Positions 1 to 10,305 of a stretch of DNA of 64,000 nucleotides are shown in pieces. This DNA is from an uncultured Candidatus Saccharibacteria bacterium (GTDB taxonomy: Bacteria; Patescibacteriota; Minisyncoccia; Phycocordibacterales; DSPV01). Position numbers and translations under genes: made by a program. Where the stretch lies: NCBI GenBank assembly GCA_964349135.1, contig CAYGFK010000002.1, forward strand, positions 7,535 through 71,534, read 5' to 3'. The notes beneath the pieces were generated by a model. That model saw only the letters and a list, made by a program, of their open reading frames with translations. It searched no databases and was not told the DNA's origin. Numbering within the stretch: position 1 is the stretch's first letter; each line of letters begins with the position of its first letter.

Positions 1-2
1 TT

Positions 3-296
3 TTGATTGGTTCGGCGCTTGTGGTCGCCTTTATTCTGATTTTGATAACGCTTAAGAGCGGAAGTGTTCCTACGCTACCTTCAGGTACGGTTTTCGAGCC
101 GATTTTTACGCCGGGCGCTACTACTCTAGAGCAGAAAGAGACATTGTCAGGCATTGTCACTGAAGCTGAAGAGAGACCTCTGACGCCACAGGAAAAGACT
201 GATATCTTACGTGAGTTTGGCGGTGAGAAGACGGCATTCTATAACCTTTCAGCGGAAGAGAAGGCGGCAATCCTCCGTGCGCTCAACAATCAATAA
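3..296 (+). CDS. C-terminal fragment of a hypothetical protein (N-terminal hydrophobic segment); gene starts upstream of the window
   Basis: Open frame from the window edge, 97 aa, no recognisable motif. Confidence 0.35.
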   Translation: MIGSALVVAFILILITLKSGSVPTLPSGTVFEPIFTPGATTLEQKETLSGIVTEAEERPLTPQEKTDILREFGGEKTAFYNLSAEEKAAILRALNNQ

Positions 297-324
297 TTTT
301 TAATTACCAGGTAATAAATCGTAT

Positions 325-846
325 ATGAAGGAGTTCAAAAAAAGATTATTAGACGGGATACAGGTTGCGGCAATTGCGCTCGCAATTTCGTTTGGCGTTT
401 CCTACCTTTTTGCATGGACCGGCCCGGGATACACCACTCCCGGTGCGCTTCCTCCGACCGATAACGTGCCGGCACCGTTAAATATTGGAAACAATAACCA
501 AACGAAGACGGGCGATATTTGCACAACGGCTCCGGGAGGGACTGGTGCAACGGTTTGTCTGAGTAGCCAGCCGGCTGGGGGTGTCGCTAATATTTCAGGG
601 AGAGTGGTAGGGGGCGGGACACTTGTTAAAAGATGGGTAGGAAATTCATATATCGGATGGTGGTGTGGTTCGCCCACTGCCCCACAGCCAAATTTGTACT
701 GGGGGTCCATCGTGTGCAATGCGACATTTCCGTTTCAGTACAATTGTTTGTCTGGCGCAAGACTGGTGTACACCGGATTACAAGGTGACTATCTTTTGAC
801 AACAGTGGAGCCGGAAGGTCACCACTTTCTCTGCGTTACCGAATGA
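325..846 (+). CDS. Secreted or membrane-anchored Cys-rich Gly/Pro-rich hypothetical protein (173 aa)
   Basis: N-terminal hydrophobic anchor (AAIALAISFGVSYLFAW), multiple Cys, no known catalytic motif. Confidence 0.5.
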   Translation: MKEFKKRLLDGIQVAAIALAISFGVSYLFAWTGPGYTTPGALPPTDNVPAPLNIGNNNQTKTGDICTTAPGGTGATVCLSSQPAGGVANISGRVVGGGTLVKRWVGNSYIGWWCGSPTAPQPNLYWGSIVCNATFPFQYNCLSGARLVYTGLQGDYLLTTVEPEGHHFLCVTE

Positions 847-874
847 TGCCCAGTGATTTTGAGGTCTCACAATT

Positions 875-3800
875 GTGAATGTGTTACAAAACACAACCAA
901 AAACATATCGTACAAAATCGCTTTTGCGTCTTTAGTTTTTTCATTTCTTTGTAGTCTCTTTCCGATTAGTGCAAGTGCGCAGTCGGCACTCTCGTGCTGG
1001 GGATGGTCTGACACGTCCGGGTGGATGGATTTTGAACCGGACGGCGGGGGTGTGTTCAAGCAGTCTGACGGTAGTATCACCGGATGGGCATGGGCCGACA
1101 ATCTTGGGTGGATAAAATTCGGTGGGCTTTCTGATTTTCCTGTTGGTCCGGGAACTGAGAGTGAGAACGCGTATGTGGACGGCGCTGGCGTGGTGCACGG
1201 TTGGGCGCGTGCGTGCGCAGGGACTGATTCCCAAGATGATGCGATTGCTTCATGGGATTTTGATGAGGGCAGTGGTTTAACGGCTACAGATTCAAGTTTT
1301 TATGAGAATACGGCGACGCTCCAGAACGGCGTAACGTGGGGTGCTGGATATCAAGGTACCGCAGTCTCATTTGATGGCGTAAATGATTATGTCAGTGTTG
1401 TACAGAGCGCGTCGCTCGATAGAATTTATAATAATGGAGGGGGCGGTATGTCCGTCTCATTTTGGATAAAGCCTGATGTGCTTGGAAGCGTTGGAATTAT
1501 GTCTCTTGGACAAGGTTCTGATACTGAATGGGATATATATACGAATGCTGCGGGACGACTTGGTTTTGAAGTTCCTCATGATGGAGGTGGTGTGCTCAAT
1601 GAGCGGTTCGATAATCAGCTCATAGCCGGTCAATGGAATCATTTTGTCATTACGTGGAATGGGAATAACACATCGGCGGCAGGGGTAAGGTTATATCGTA
1701 ATGGGGTGCAACAGCCGTTTAGTTTCGGGTCTAGTGGTGTTGGGAATCCAGTCGATAATTCTAACGAACCGTTTCTGATTGGGACGAATTACGCAGGAGG
1801 GAGCGGATTCGACGGTTCTCTTGATGAGGTGCGTATCTATGATAGGGTTCTTTCCGCTCTCGATGCGGAAACTTTATATGAAAATTCTCTCTCAGGGTTC
1901 ACTCCCGTTTCTGGACAGTGTAATCCTGAAGGGCAGATATATTACTGCGATAAATACAGTCCCCAACCGAACGCATCGTTTCACCACGTGTATGTCGGTT
2001 GTAAGACTGCTCCGTTTACGCTCGATGCGTCAAATTACCTGACCGATTCGCAGTATGAGTGTGTTACGACGGACGAAGGGGCGTGTCTTGAATATTATGA
2101 TTTCGGGCAGTGGTGGTATCTCCCCATTTCCAATTCTTTCAGTGAAATTGCACCATCGGTGTGCTCTTCCTCAGGGTATACAACGCTTGGATACACGAAA
2201 TTTCAATGCGATTCTGTCGATGATATTTCTCGCGCGGACGGATGGGATGGCTGGATTAGTTTGGAGGGAGATGGGTACGCGATGTCCTATCTTGCGGGAG
2301 TTAACGCACTTACCGGATGGGCATGGGGAAGCGACGTTATCGGCTGGTTAAATTGCGTCAGTGATTGTGAACTCCTCGCGTCGTCCGGTGGCGTTGTCCT
2401 CGAATCATTTTCTACGCAGAGGTCACATCAGCAAGTTACGGTGACGAACAATACCTATGCGACGGCGCCGGCAGTTCGTATTTCATATAACCCGGTGTTA
2501 AATGTGACAGCGCCGAATGTGTACAATGTTACGCCGTGGAATAATAGCGGTACCGACAATGTCGGCCGTGTGTACTTTCAGCATAATTACCCGCTTGCCC
2601 CAGGCGAGTCAGTGACATTCGACGCACAATTTTCTCATCCGGTGGGTGGAGGGCCGAGCGTGGTTGTCTACACACTTGACCCTGCCAGTGCTATTCCGGA
2701 ACCCGAACTTTCTCCTAGTGCAATCCCTGTGGCATCAACGGTAACGGTAGGAAGCGGATATGTTTCAGTGGCATTCACGACATTAAGTGGCAGATGGTAT
2801 GCAATTCAGTATCGCGACGGCCCCACTGACTCATGGCATACGGCGTTTGGACGGAACAGCGGTTCCGCGATGTTGTTTGGTAGTGGAAGTTCTGGTTTTT
2901 GGCTTGACCGAGGAGCTCCTCATACAAAATCGCTCCCGTCTCCTGCAAGTGTTCGTGAGTATCAAGTCTATTTACTTCCGACAACAGGTGATTTCGGAGG
3001 GTCAGGTGCCGGTGGTATTTTCCCTCCACTTGCGTGTAATGGTCCGACCACCGAGCTCTCGGTGGTGCCGGGTGTATGTGACATCGGGGATGCGACTCAA
3101 TCTGAAGTAAATGCGCTTCTCTTCATCGAATCGGCAAGTCCTGTTACCTATAACTCACTTACAGGCCTGTACTCGCAGGATGTGACCGTTTCTAATAACA
3201 CCGGCAGTGCACTTCCCGGTATTCGATTACGAGTAACCAATTTGACGTCAGGTACCCTCTGGAATCCTTCCGGAAATGACGGAACCTATAACTTCCTGCA
3301 ACATAACTATGCGGTACCACATGGTGCGTCGGTGACCTTCCGCGTCCTTATACAGTCCGCGTCACTCCCGCTCCCGTCGTATTCTGTCTTGGCGGTTGCG
3401 AGTTTGTCGGAGCCGTCCCTTCCATCCGGGTCTGCACTTGTGACGATAGGAGCACTCGAGTATCAGAGTAGCTCAAATCAAACCATCTTGAAGTGGACGA
3501 GCGAGGCGGGTTACTCGTATACCATTCAGTATACCGATGACGGCGGAACCACCTGGCGAACCATGTTTGGTCTAAATAGCGGTTCGGCGGTTCCTCAACC
3601 ACTGCCTGTGGCGGGAAGCGGTTACGCTCAACAGACTATCGACCTCGGTTCGCCGATTTCACAATCGCCTCCAACAGGTACACGTGTGTATAGGATGTAT
3701 AAATTCCTTAGTGGCAATAATTCCATTCCTTCGGTTTCCGCAAGCTACACGATACCGATGTTGCCGACGACCATGAGTCTTTCATGGGACCGTGTTGCCA

Positions 3801-4996
3801 CCTTTGAAAATGATGTTGGCCAGACAATTCCTGTCGAGGGGTATTATGTGATGAGGTCTGGCGGTAGTCAGTCAGCGAAGTTCTTCGTTGCTAATCCGCC
3901 GAGCGGTTCGACGGTTACCTACACCGACCGTGGTCTAAACCCAGGAGGAATCTACTCTTACTCGGTGTCGATTGTCGGAGGAGGAGAAGAATTCCCGCCG
4001 GCAAATACGGTTTACCAAGCCGCGCCGGATAATTGTTTGGAGGTGCACCGTGTCGATAATTCGCTGTCTCCTATAGGAGGAACGAAGACACGTCTCGATA
4101 GCACTGATGTTTTTGATTTTGACCTCGGTACCGATAACCCTAAAGTCTTTATCAATATTTCTGAGACGACTCATACGGTTGACGTGACTGAACTAACCGG
4201 ACAATCGGTTGTTGCCGGAGTGTGCGCGCATCCGCGTGATGGAGATTGCACACCGGCATTTACCGCGCCTATAACCGACCTTGGCACGTACCTGCGTTCT
4301 TCATTTACTCATCCCGTTCCGAGTCATTACCTCGGTTACATTACCAAGTTCGTGTTCAAGTATGGAAACTTTCCGGCGCCACAGAGTGTGACCGGAGTGC
4401 CTCAGTGTCAAGATGAGAGTTTGATTATTGCGAGGATTGTAGTTGAATGGGACCCTCCAACACCCGCACCAACGAGTTATGAAGTTGATGTAAAGAGACT
4501 TGGCGTGTCGCTCTCAGGATACCCAGTCAACGTAGGTACGTCTCTAATTCATACAATTCCCAATATTACGATAGCCGGTACCTATGATATCTTTGTGACG
4601 GCAATCCATGCCGGTGGGAATGCGGTAAGCGGGGTTTCTGTTGCGGTTGTTCCTGAGACCATTTGTACTCCTAACGACCTTGTTGCCCTTTCATGCACGT
4701 TTTCACCGGCTAATTCGACAACACTTCCTGTCGTTGGAAGACCTTTGGAGTTTCAGGCCTATATTACAGGCGGTACAGAACCATATACGGTGCGGTGGCA
4801 GGACAGTGACGGTCTTGATTTTACTCAAACGGAAGTTTATGGAAGTGAGCAAACGCTCACCAGAGTTTATTCACGCGTAGGAAAGAAGTCTCTCGTCATT
4901 ACGACAACCGATTCAGAAGGCGAAGTAGATATTTGCGCGCTTAGTGTTACTCAAGGGCCCGACCTCAAGCTGACGCCGGTATTTGATGAATATTAA
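875..4996 (+). CDS. Giant secreted cell-surface protein (1373 aa) with LamG/concanavalin-A-like lectin domain and C-terminal PKD-like domain
   Basis: Signal peptide (…FPISASAQS). LamG-type signature 'GSLDEVRIYDRVLSALDAETL'. Ser/Thr/Gly/Asn-rich β-rich repeats. C-terminal 'YTVRWQDSDG…SLVITTTDSEGEVD' is PKD-like. Confidence 0.75.
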   Translation: MNVLQNTTKNISYKIAFASLVFSFLCSLFPISASAQSALSCWGWSDTSGWMDFEPDGGGVFKQSDGSITGWAWADNLGWIKFGGLSDFPVGPGTESENAYVDGAGVVHGWARACAGTDSQDDAIASWDFDEGSGLTATDSSFYENTATLQNGVTWGAGYQGTAVSFDGVNDYVSVVQSASLDRIYNNGGGGMSVSFWIKPDVLGSVGIMSLGQGSDTEWDIYTNAAGRLGFEVPHDGGGVLNERFDNQLIAGQWNHFVITWNGNNTSAAGVRLYRNGVQQPFSFGSSGVGNPVDNSNEPFLIGTNYAGGSGFDGSLDEVRIYDRVLSALDAETLYENSLSGFTPVSGQCNPEGQIYYCDKYSPQPNASFHHVYVGCKTAPFTLDASNYLTDSQYECVTTDEGACLEYYDFGQWWYLPISNSFSEIAPSVCSSSGYTTLGYTKFQCDSVDDISRADGWDGWISLEGDGYAMSYLAGVNALTGWAWGSDVIGWLNCVSDCELLASSGGVVLESFSTQRSHQQVTVTNNTYATAPAVRISYNPVLNVTAPNVYNVTPWNNSGTDNVGRVYFQHNYPLAPGESVTFDAQFSHPVGGGPSVVVYTLDPASAIPEPELSPSAIPVASTVTVGSGYVSVAFTTLSGRWYAIQYRDGPTDSWHTAFGRNSGSAMLFGSGSSGFWLDRGAPHTKSLPSPASVREYQVYLLPTTGDFGGSGAGGIFPPLACNGPTTELSVVPGVCDIGDATQSEVNALLFIESASPVTYNSLTGLYSQDVTVSNNTGSALPGIRLRVTNLTSGTLWNPSGNDGTYNFLQHNYAVPHGASVTFRVLIQSASLPLPSYSVLAVASLSEPSLPSGSALVTIGALEYQSSSNQTILKWTSEAGYSYTIQYTDDGGTTWRTMFGLNSGSAVPQPLPVAGSGYAQQTIDLGSPISQSPPTGTRVYRMYKFLSGNNSIPSVSASYTIPMLPTTMSLSWDRVATFENDVGQTIPVEGYYVMRSGGSQSAKFFVANPPSGSTVTYTDRGLNPGGIYSYSVSIVGGGEEFPPANTVYQAAPDNCLEVHRVDNSLSPIGGTKTRLDSTDVFDFDLGTDNPKVFINISETTHTVDVTELTGQSVVAGVCAHPRDGDCTPAFTAPITDLGTYLRSSFTHPVPSHYLGYITKFVFKYGNFPAPQSVTGVPQCQDESLIIARIVVEWDPPTPAPTSYEVDVKRLGVSLSGYPVNVGTSLIHTIPNITIAGTYDIFVTAIHAGGNAVSGVSVAVVPETICTPNDLVALSCTFSPANSTTLPVVGRPLEFQAYITGGTEPYTVRWQDSDGLDFTQTEVYGSEQTLTRVYSRVGKKSLVITTTDSEGEVDICALSVTQGPDLKLTPVFDEY

Positions 4997-5027
4997 AAAA
5001 CCCCTTCGCACTGTCGTGCAAAGGGGG
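4994..5027 (-). terminator. Intrinsic terminator for minus-strand gene 5031-6026 (hairpin CCCCTTCGCAC/GTGCAAAGGGG, with A-run on + which is U-run on -)
   Basis: Stem-loop followed by T7 on the minus strand; lies between convergent genes. Confidence 0.6.
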
Positions 5028-5030
5028 TGA

Positions 5031-6026
5031 TTAGGGTTCCACTCGAACCCTCACAAAGAGCGGATTTTGGTCCGGCAGAGGAGTACTTACTGTCCCGTCA
5101 GAGCCGATGGTAAGCATCGGTCCGTAGTCAATCCAGCGGTGAAGCAAGGATGGTGACGTTTCAGGTACAACTCGGGTGCCTGGAAATCCGTGAATGATGG
5201 CGTAGGCCGTCGGAAGGGAGGCGTTTTCGCTCTCGATTTGAGGAAGGGGCGATTTCTCGCCCGGAAGGGTCTGCATTTCGACAGAGACAATCGATGAGCC
5301 GGATAGTTGTCCGGTCAGGACGTCATACTCGTCGTAGAGCGTTTTTGTCTCGTCGTAGTAGAGACGCATAAATCCCGTCTGTCCATAAAAACGCATTCGG
5401 TCGGCGTCGATTTGGTACACCCTCACCACAAGTGCATAAGGCTCGTCTTGCCAGAGCGAGTCTGAACCATTCGTGGTCCAGATGTCGTCTGCAAGATTGC
5501 CATTCGCGTCCCAACGAAGGTGACGGATATACTTGACGCCTTGTGGCATCGGAGCAATGAGGAAGTTGTTATACTGCCAAGAGATTACCGAATCGGTTGG
5601 AGGAATCGGCACTCCGTTTTCGTCGAGTTCGACGGTGAAGGACGGTTTTCCGCACTCAATCCCAAGTCTGCGCGTACCTACAGGCAGAGGAACTTCCCAT
5701 CGGAAGCCGATAGTCGCATAGAATTCTTTCCCTGCGTCGGCGCTTGTCACGACTTCCGTGAAGAGCTCAGTGAAGAGCGATTTCAGGGTAGTAACAAGTG
5801 TGCCCGACCCACGTTCATGTGGAGCCGATTTGGTGAATTCTACGTCGGGAACGTCTTTCCGTTTGAGGATGACGGTAACGCGGTAGACATTTTCGTCCCA
5901 GCTACGTTCGATGTTCTCGCGAGACCCTAAGAAGGGTAGCGAGGTAGGTCGTTCTTGCGGGACGGCACTAGAGGCCACCGCAAGAGAGAGGAGAATTGTG
6001 CAAAGGCACAAGACTTCTGTTTTCAT
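5031..6026 (-). CDS. Secreted hypothetical protein (331 aa) with signal peptide
   Basis: N-terminal MKTEVLCLCTILLSLAVASSAVPQ signal peptide; no catalytic motif recognised. Confidence 0.6.
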   Translation of the reverse strand: MKTEVLCLCTILLSLAVASSAVPQERPTSLPFLGSRENIERSWDENVYRVTVILKRKDVPDVEFTKSAPHERGSGTLVTTLKSLFTELFTEVVTSADAGKEFYATIGFRWEVPLPVGTRRLGIECGKPSFTVELDENGVPIPPTDSVISWQYNNFLIAPMPQGVKYIRHLRWDANGNLADDIWTTNGSDSLWQDEPYALVVRVYQIDADRMRFYGQTGFMRLYYDETKTLYDEYDVLTGQLSGSSIVSVEMQTLPGEKSPLPQIESENASLPTAYAIIHGFPGTRVVPETSPSLLHRWIDYGPMLTIGSDGTVSTPLPDQNPLFVRVRVEP

Positions 6027-6314
6027 ACAAATCCTTTCTTAGTTGCGAGTAGCCCAGCCACTCTTTGTATTTAATTTTGAGGTCCTGTTTCTAGTTCAAC
6101 ACTACCACAAGAAAAATACTTTGAAAAGGTCTGTCAAGGCCGAAATATGGCTAATCTACGTGTGAAGATAAGACTTTTCCACAATTTTTCCCCTTGAAAT
6201 GCACTTTTTCTTAGTTTGGAAAATAAGAGCGTGTGGTGCGGATAAACGTTAGTTGTCTAAAGGAAGTTTTATAAGTCGTCGTTTGTTACGCACAGTAAGA
6301 AACGAGCACAATAC

Positions 6315-6323
6315 TGTTATACT
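6315..6323 (+). promoter_or_regulatory. Extended -10 promoter element (TGTTATACT) upstream of pilB
   Basis: TGnTATACT motif about 45 nt upstream of the pilB ATG, in an AT-rich 340-nt intergenic region. Confidence 0.3.
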
Positions 6324-6364
6324 AATAGGTAAGAACGTCATCGAATGCGCCCGTTTCTTCTGAG

Positions 6365-8113
6365 ATGTACATAGAAAAGAAACAACTAAAAGATTTCGTG
6401 CTCGATTCAGGTCTCGTCTCGCAAACGGATTTTGCGAAAGCCGAGAAGGAATCGGAAAAAGGCGGTATTCCGCTCGAGGAAGAGCTTGTGCGCGAGGGAA
6501 AAATCTCCGAAGACGACCTTCGGCGAATGCAGGCCTATGTGCTCGGCATTCCTTTTGTCGACCTCCGAAGCAATAAGATAGATTTTGAGACCCTTTCTCT
6601 TATTCCGGAACCTATTGCACGTTCCAACAATATCGTGGCGTTCCGCAAGACGGACAAAGGTCTTGAGGTGGCGATGCTCGATACATCGGATTTGGGAGCA
6701 ATCGACTTCGTGAAGAAAAAGGTTGACTTGAAGATTTTACCGCGACTGACGAATACGGATTCCATTAAACATGCCCTCTTGCAGTATCAGAAATCGCTCA
6801 AGGCGGAGTTCGGGGACATTATCAAAAAAGAATCCGCCTCCATTAAGACCATTTCTGAGCTTGCCGAGAATGTATCGGAGAAAGATTTGAAGAAGATGGC
6901 TGAAGACCTGCCGGTGGTGCGCATTGTCGATACGCTTCTGAAGCATGCCATTATACAGAACGCTTCGGATATCCATATCGAACAGATGGAGAAGGAGGTT
7001 GTGGTGCGCTACCGGATTGACGGTATTTTGCACGATACCATGGTGCTCCCGAAACATGTCGGCCCATCCCTCGTTGCCCGAATCAAAGTACTCTCGAACT
7101 TGCGCCTTGATGAGAAACGTCTCCCGCAAGACGGACGATTTAAGGTGGAGACAGAGGCCGATAAGGTTTCGTTTCGCGTGTCGATTCTTCCGACCTACTT
7201 TGGGGAGAAGATAGTCATGCGTCTCCTAAAGGAAAATGCAAAAGGATTCACGCTTGAAGGCCTCGGATTTCATGGTCACGCTCTCGAGTCAATCCACGGT
7301 GCCCTGAAAAGCACGACAGGAATTATTCTTACTTCGGGTCCGACAGGGTCGGGAAAGACGACGACGCTGTACACGACACTCGATATTTTAAATACTCCTG
7401 ATGTAAATATTTCGACGATAGAAGACCCGGTTGAGTATCAAATGGCTCGCGTGAATCAGTCACAGGTCAAACCAGAAATTGGTTTTACCTTTGCCTCCGG
7501 ATTGCGTTCGCTTGTGCGCCAAGACCCCGACATTATTATGGTCGGTGAAATTCGAGACAATGAGACGGCAGGGCTTGCTATCAACGCGGCGCTTACGGGT
7601 CACCTTGTGCTCTCGACGATTCATACCAACAGTGCCGCCGGCGCCATTCCACGTCTTTTGGATATGAAAGTTGAGCCTTTTCTTCTCGTCTCTACATTGA
7701 ATGTCGTTATCGGCCAACGGCTCGTTCGTCGTTTGTCCGATTCGGGTAGAGAAAAGCGTTTCTTGGGAAAAGAGGAATTGGAAACACTTTCTAAAACGGT
7801 TGACCTTGACCGCGTCCTCACGTTTCTCAAGGAAGAGAAGATAGTCGACAAGGACCAGGGATGGGAAAAGATACCGTTCTATAAACCGACTAGCTCCAAA
7901 GAAGACGACGGTTATCAGGGACGATTGGTTATCCATGAGGTACTTCGCGTGACGTCAACAATCAGGAACCTTATCATCAAAGGCGCGGTCTCTGATGAGA
8001 TAGAGGCGCAGGCGCGACAGGAAGGAATGATGACCATGCTCGAAGACGGCGTGTTCAAGGCGGTGCAAGGACTCACGACTCTTGAGGAGGTACTCCGTGT
8101 GGTAACTGAATAA
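6365..8113 (+). CDS. pilB: Type IV pilus assembly ATPase PilB (GspE/PilB family)
   Basis: N-terminal GSPII_E-like domain. Walker A GPTGSGKTTTLY. Asp box, His box and Walker B consistent with PilB/GspE secretion ATPases. 582 aa. Confidence 0.9.
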   Translation: MYIEKKQLKDFVLDSGLVSQTDFAKAEKESEKGGIPLEEELVREGKISEDDLRRMQAYVLGIPFVDLRSNKIDFETLSLIPEPIARSNNIVAFRKTDKGLEVAMLDTSDLGAIDFVKKKVDLKILPRLTNTDSIKHALLQYQKSLKAEFGDIIKKESASIKTISELAENVSEKDLKKMAEDLPVVRIVDTLLKHAIIQNASDIHIEQMEKEVVVRYRIDGILHDTMVLPKHVGPSLVARIKVLSNLRLDEKRLPQDGRFKVETEADKVSFRVSILPTYFGEKIVMRLLKENAKGFTLEGLGFHGHALESIHGALKSTTGIILTSGPTGSGKTTTLYTTLDILNTPDVNISTIEDPVEYQMARVNQSQVKPEIGFTFASGLRSLVRQDPDIIMVGEIRDNETAGLAINAALTGHLVLSTIHTNSAAGAIPRLLDMKVEPFLLVSTLNVVIGQRLVRRLSDSGREKRFLGKEELETLSKTVDLDRVLTFLKEEKIVDKDQGWEKIPFYKPTSSKEDDGYQGRLVIHEVLRVTSTIRNLIIKGAVSDEIEAQARQEGMMTMLEDGVFKAVQGLTTLEEVLRVVTE

Positions 8114-8121
8114 GAGGGTGT

Positions 8122-9345
8122 ATGCCGTTTTTCAAATTCAAAGCAGAAAAGCAAAATGGAGATGCGTATGAGGGAATGCGGGAAGCTCCCGATAAGTTTA
8201 CGCTGTATAGCGACTTGAGGCGCGAGGGAGATACGGTTGTCTCTACCGAAGAGGTAAAAAAGAAAAAGTCAGGAGGTTTTTCAATTCCATTTTTGAATAG
8301 TTTGCTGGTCGGCGTTTCGATGCATGACCGGATTTTGCTTGCGCGCAATCTCGGGAACATGCTTGAGGCGGGACTCTCTCTCGGCCGTGCGCTCTCAGTC
8401 ATTGAGCGTCAGACGACTAAGAAAGGACTCAAGACAGTGGTGCAGAAGATTGAATCTGAAATCAATCGTGGCCAACAGCTTAGCGAATCGCTCAAACTCT
8501 TCCCAAACGTGTTCTCGAAACTATTCGTGTCCATGGTTCGGGCGGGAGAGGAGAGTGGCAGTCTCCCATCCTCCCTTAAATCGGTTTCGGTTCAGATGAT
8601 GAACACCTACACGCTTCAGAAGAAGATACGCGGGGCGATGATTTACCCGGCCATTATCATTTGTGTCATTATTGTCATCGCCACGCTCATGCTTGTGTAT
8701 GTGGTACCGACATTGACGGCTACCTTTGCAGAACTCGACGTTGAACTACCTCTCAATACTCGCATCGTCATCGGTTTAAGCGATTTTATCCAGAACAACA
8801 CATTGCTTGCGTTTGCGATTTTCGCCTCGTTTGCCGGCGGATTGGTGTGGTTTCGGAAGAAACCGTTCGGTAAACGGTTTATCGACAAAATGCTTCTTCG
8901 GATTCCCGTCATTAAGACTCTTGTACGTGAATCCAATTCCGCCCGAACCGCTCGCACACTTTCCTCACTTCTCTCAAGCGGTGTTGAAGTCGTGCAGGCG
9001 ATAGAAATCACCACGGATGTTGTACCACACACGCTCTTCAAAGAGGTGCTCGATTCTGCGAAGCAAAAAGTGACAAAAGGTGAAACGCTCTCGGCGGTAT
9101 TCGGTGAGAGACCCGACCTTTACCCGGTATTTGTCGCGGAAATGATAAGTATCGGAGAAGAGACAGGGAAGCTTGGAGAAATGCTTTCAAACGTTGCGGA
9201 TTACTATGAAGAAGAGGTGGCGCAAAAAACTAAAGACCTTTCGACTATCATTGAACCGGCGCTTATGATTGTTGTCGGTATCGCTGTCGGCTTTTTCGCG
9301 CTTTCTATGTTGCAGCCGATGTATTCACTCGTCGATGTCATCTAG
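8122..9345 (+). CDS. pilC: Type IV pilus inner-membrane platform protein PilC (GspF family)
   Basis: 407 aa with duplicated T2SS-F-like domains and 3 TM segments, immediately downstream of pilB. Confidence 0.85.
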   Translation: MPFFKFKAEKQNGDAYEGMREAPDKFTLYSDLRREGDTVVSTEEVKKKKSGGFSIPFLNSLLVGVSMHDRILLARNLGNMLEAGLSLGRALSVIERQTTKKGLKTVVQKIESEINRGQQLSESLKLFPNVFSKLFVSMVRAGEESGSLPSSLKSVSVQMMNTYTLQKKIRGAMIYPAIIICVIIVIATLMLVYVVPTLTATFAELDVELPLNTRIVIGLSDFIQNNTLLAFAIFASFAGGLVWFRKKPFGKRFIDKMLLRIPVIKTLVRESNSARTARTLSSLLSSGVEVVQAIEITTDVVPHTLFKEVLDSAKQKVTKGETLSAVFGERPDLYPVFVAEMISIGEETGKLGEMLSNVADYYEEEVAQKTKDLSTIIEPALMIVVGIAVGFFALSMLQPMYSLVDVI

Positions 9346-9346
9346 T

Positions 9347-9820
9347 ATGACGCGAAAGAAAGATAGCCGGCTGGGATTTTCAATCGTAGAAGTACTCATC
9401 GTTATTGCCATTTTTGCCATTGCCGCAACTATCGTGCTGTCTACTTTTGTGAATGCCGGGAGTGCTCAGGCGCTCGAGAAAGATGTGGCTCGGATTACCT
9501 CACTTATTGAACGAGCCCGCTCGCTTACCCTTTCTTCATACGAAGGTAGCCGATATGGTGTGCACATCGAATCTGATGATGTCACCTTGTTTAAGGGTGC
9601 TACCTATAGCGCGGGTGTACCAGATAATGTTATCGAGACACTAAATACTAAAGTTGAGATAACGGGATATGTCATTGCAGGAGGAGGTGCGGATATTGTG
9701 TTTGACCGATTGACGGGAGAGACCGCGCAAACAGGGACAATTACGGTATCATTGAAGAGTGACCCGTTACTTTTCTTTACCGTCTCGGTCGGGGCGACGG
9801 GTCTAGTTGAAATCCAATGA
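9347..9820 (+). CDS. Prepilin-type N-terminal cleavage/methylation domain protein (pilin or pseudopilin)
   Basis: Leader MTRKKDSRLG followed by FSIVEVLIVIAIFAIAATIV. This matches the class III signal G^F(S/T)xxE plus a hydrophobic helix. Start chosen at the ATG at 9347 rather than the upstream overlapping frame. Confidence 0.75.
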   Translation: MTRKKDSRLGFSIVEVLIVIAIFAIAATIVLSTFVNAGSAQALEKDVARITSLIERARSLTLSSYEGSRYGVHIESDDVTLFKGATYSAGVPDNVIETLNTKVEITGYVIAGGGADIVFDRLTGETAQTGTITVSLKSDPLLFFTVSVGATGLVEIQ

Positions 9821-10305
9821 ATCGTAAACACATCCGACAGCGTGGTGTTAGTCTTGCTGAAGTCGTTGTTGCGGCAGCTATTGTCGCTATAGTGTCGCTC
9901 AGTCTCATTTCGGCATTTATTTTGCACTTGCGCGCCGGGCTCGCTGTCCCTGAACGAATACAGTCTACTCTGCTTGTAGAGGAAGGCATTGAAGCTCTCA
10001 AGTTTCTGCGTGATGGAAGTTGGGATACGAATATTGCGCCACTTGCACTTGATACGACGTACTACTTTTATGCGACGAGTACGACTTATGAGGCTACGAC
10101 AACCGAACAAGTTTCGCTCAATAAGTTTTACCGGACATTTGTACTGTCGGCCGTTCTACGGAATTCTGACGGTATCATTGTTGATACGGGAGGTACGGTC
10201 GATGACGGAAGCAGGCGTATTGATGTGAGCGTGTCATGGCTTACTCAGAATGGGACGACCACAAAAACATTTACGACCTATCTCACTAACCTATTCTTGA
10301 ACTGA
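9817..10305 (+). CDS. Prepilin-type pseudopilin (162 aa)
   Basis: N-terminus …RQRG^VSLAEVVVAAAIVAIVSL is a prepilin peptidase-type motif with Glu at +5; 4-nt overlap with the upstream pilin gene. Confidence 0.65.
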   Translation: MNRKHIRQRGVSLAEVVVAAAIVAIVSLSLISAFILHLRAGLAVPERIQSTLLVEEGIEALKFLRDGSWDTNIAPLALDTTYYFYATSTTYEATTTEQVSLNKFYRTFVLSAVLRNSDGIIVDTGGTVDDGSRRIDVSVSWLTQNGTTTKTFTTYLTNLFLN

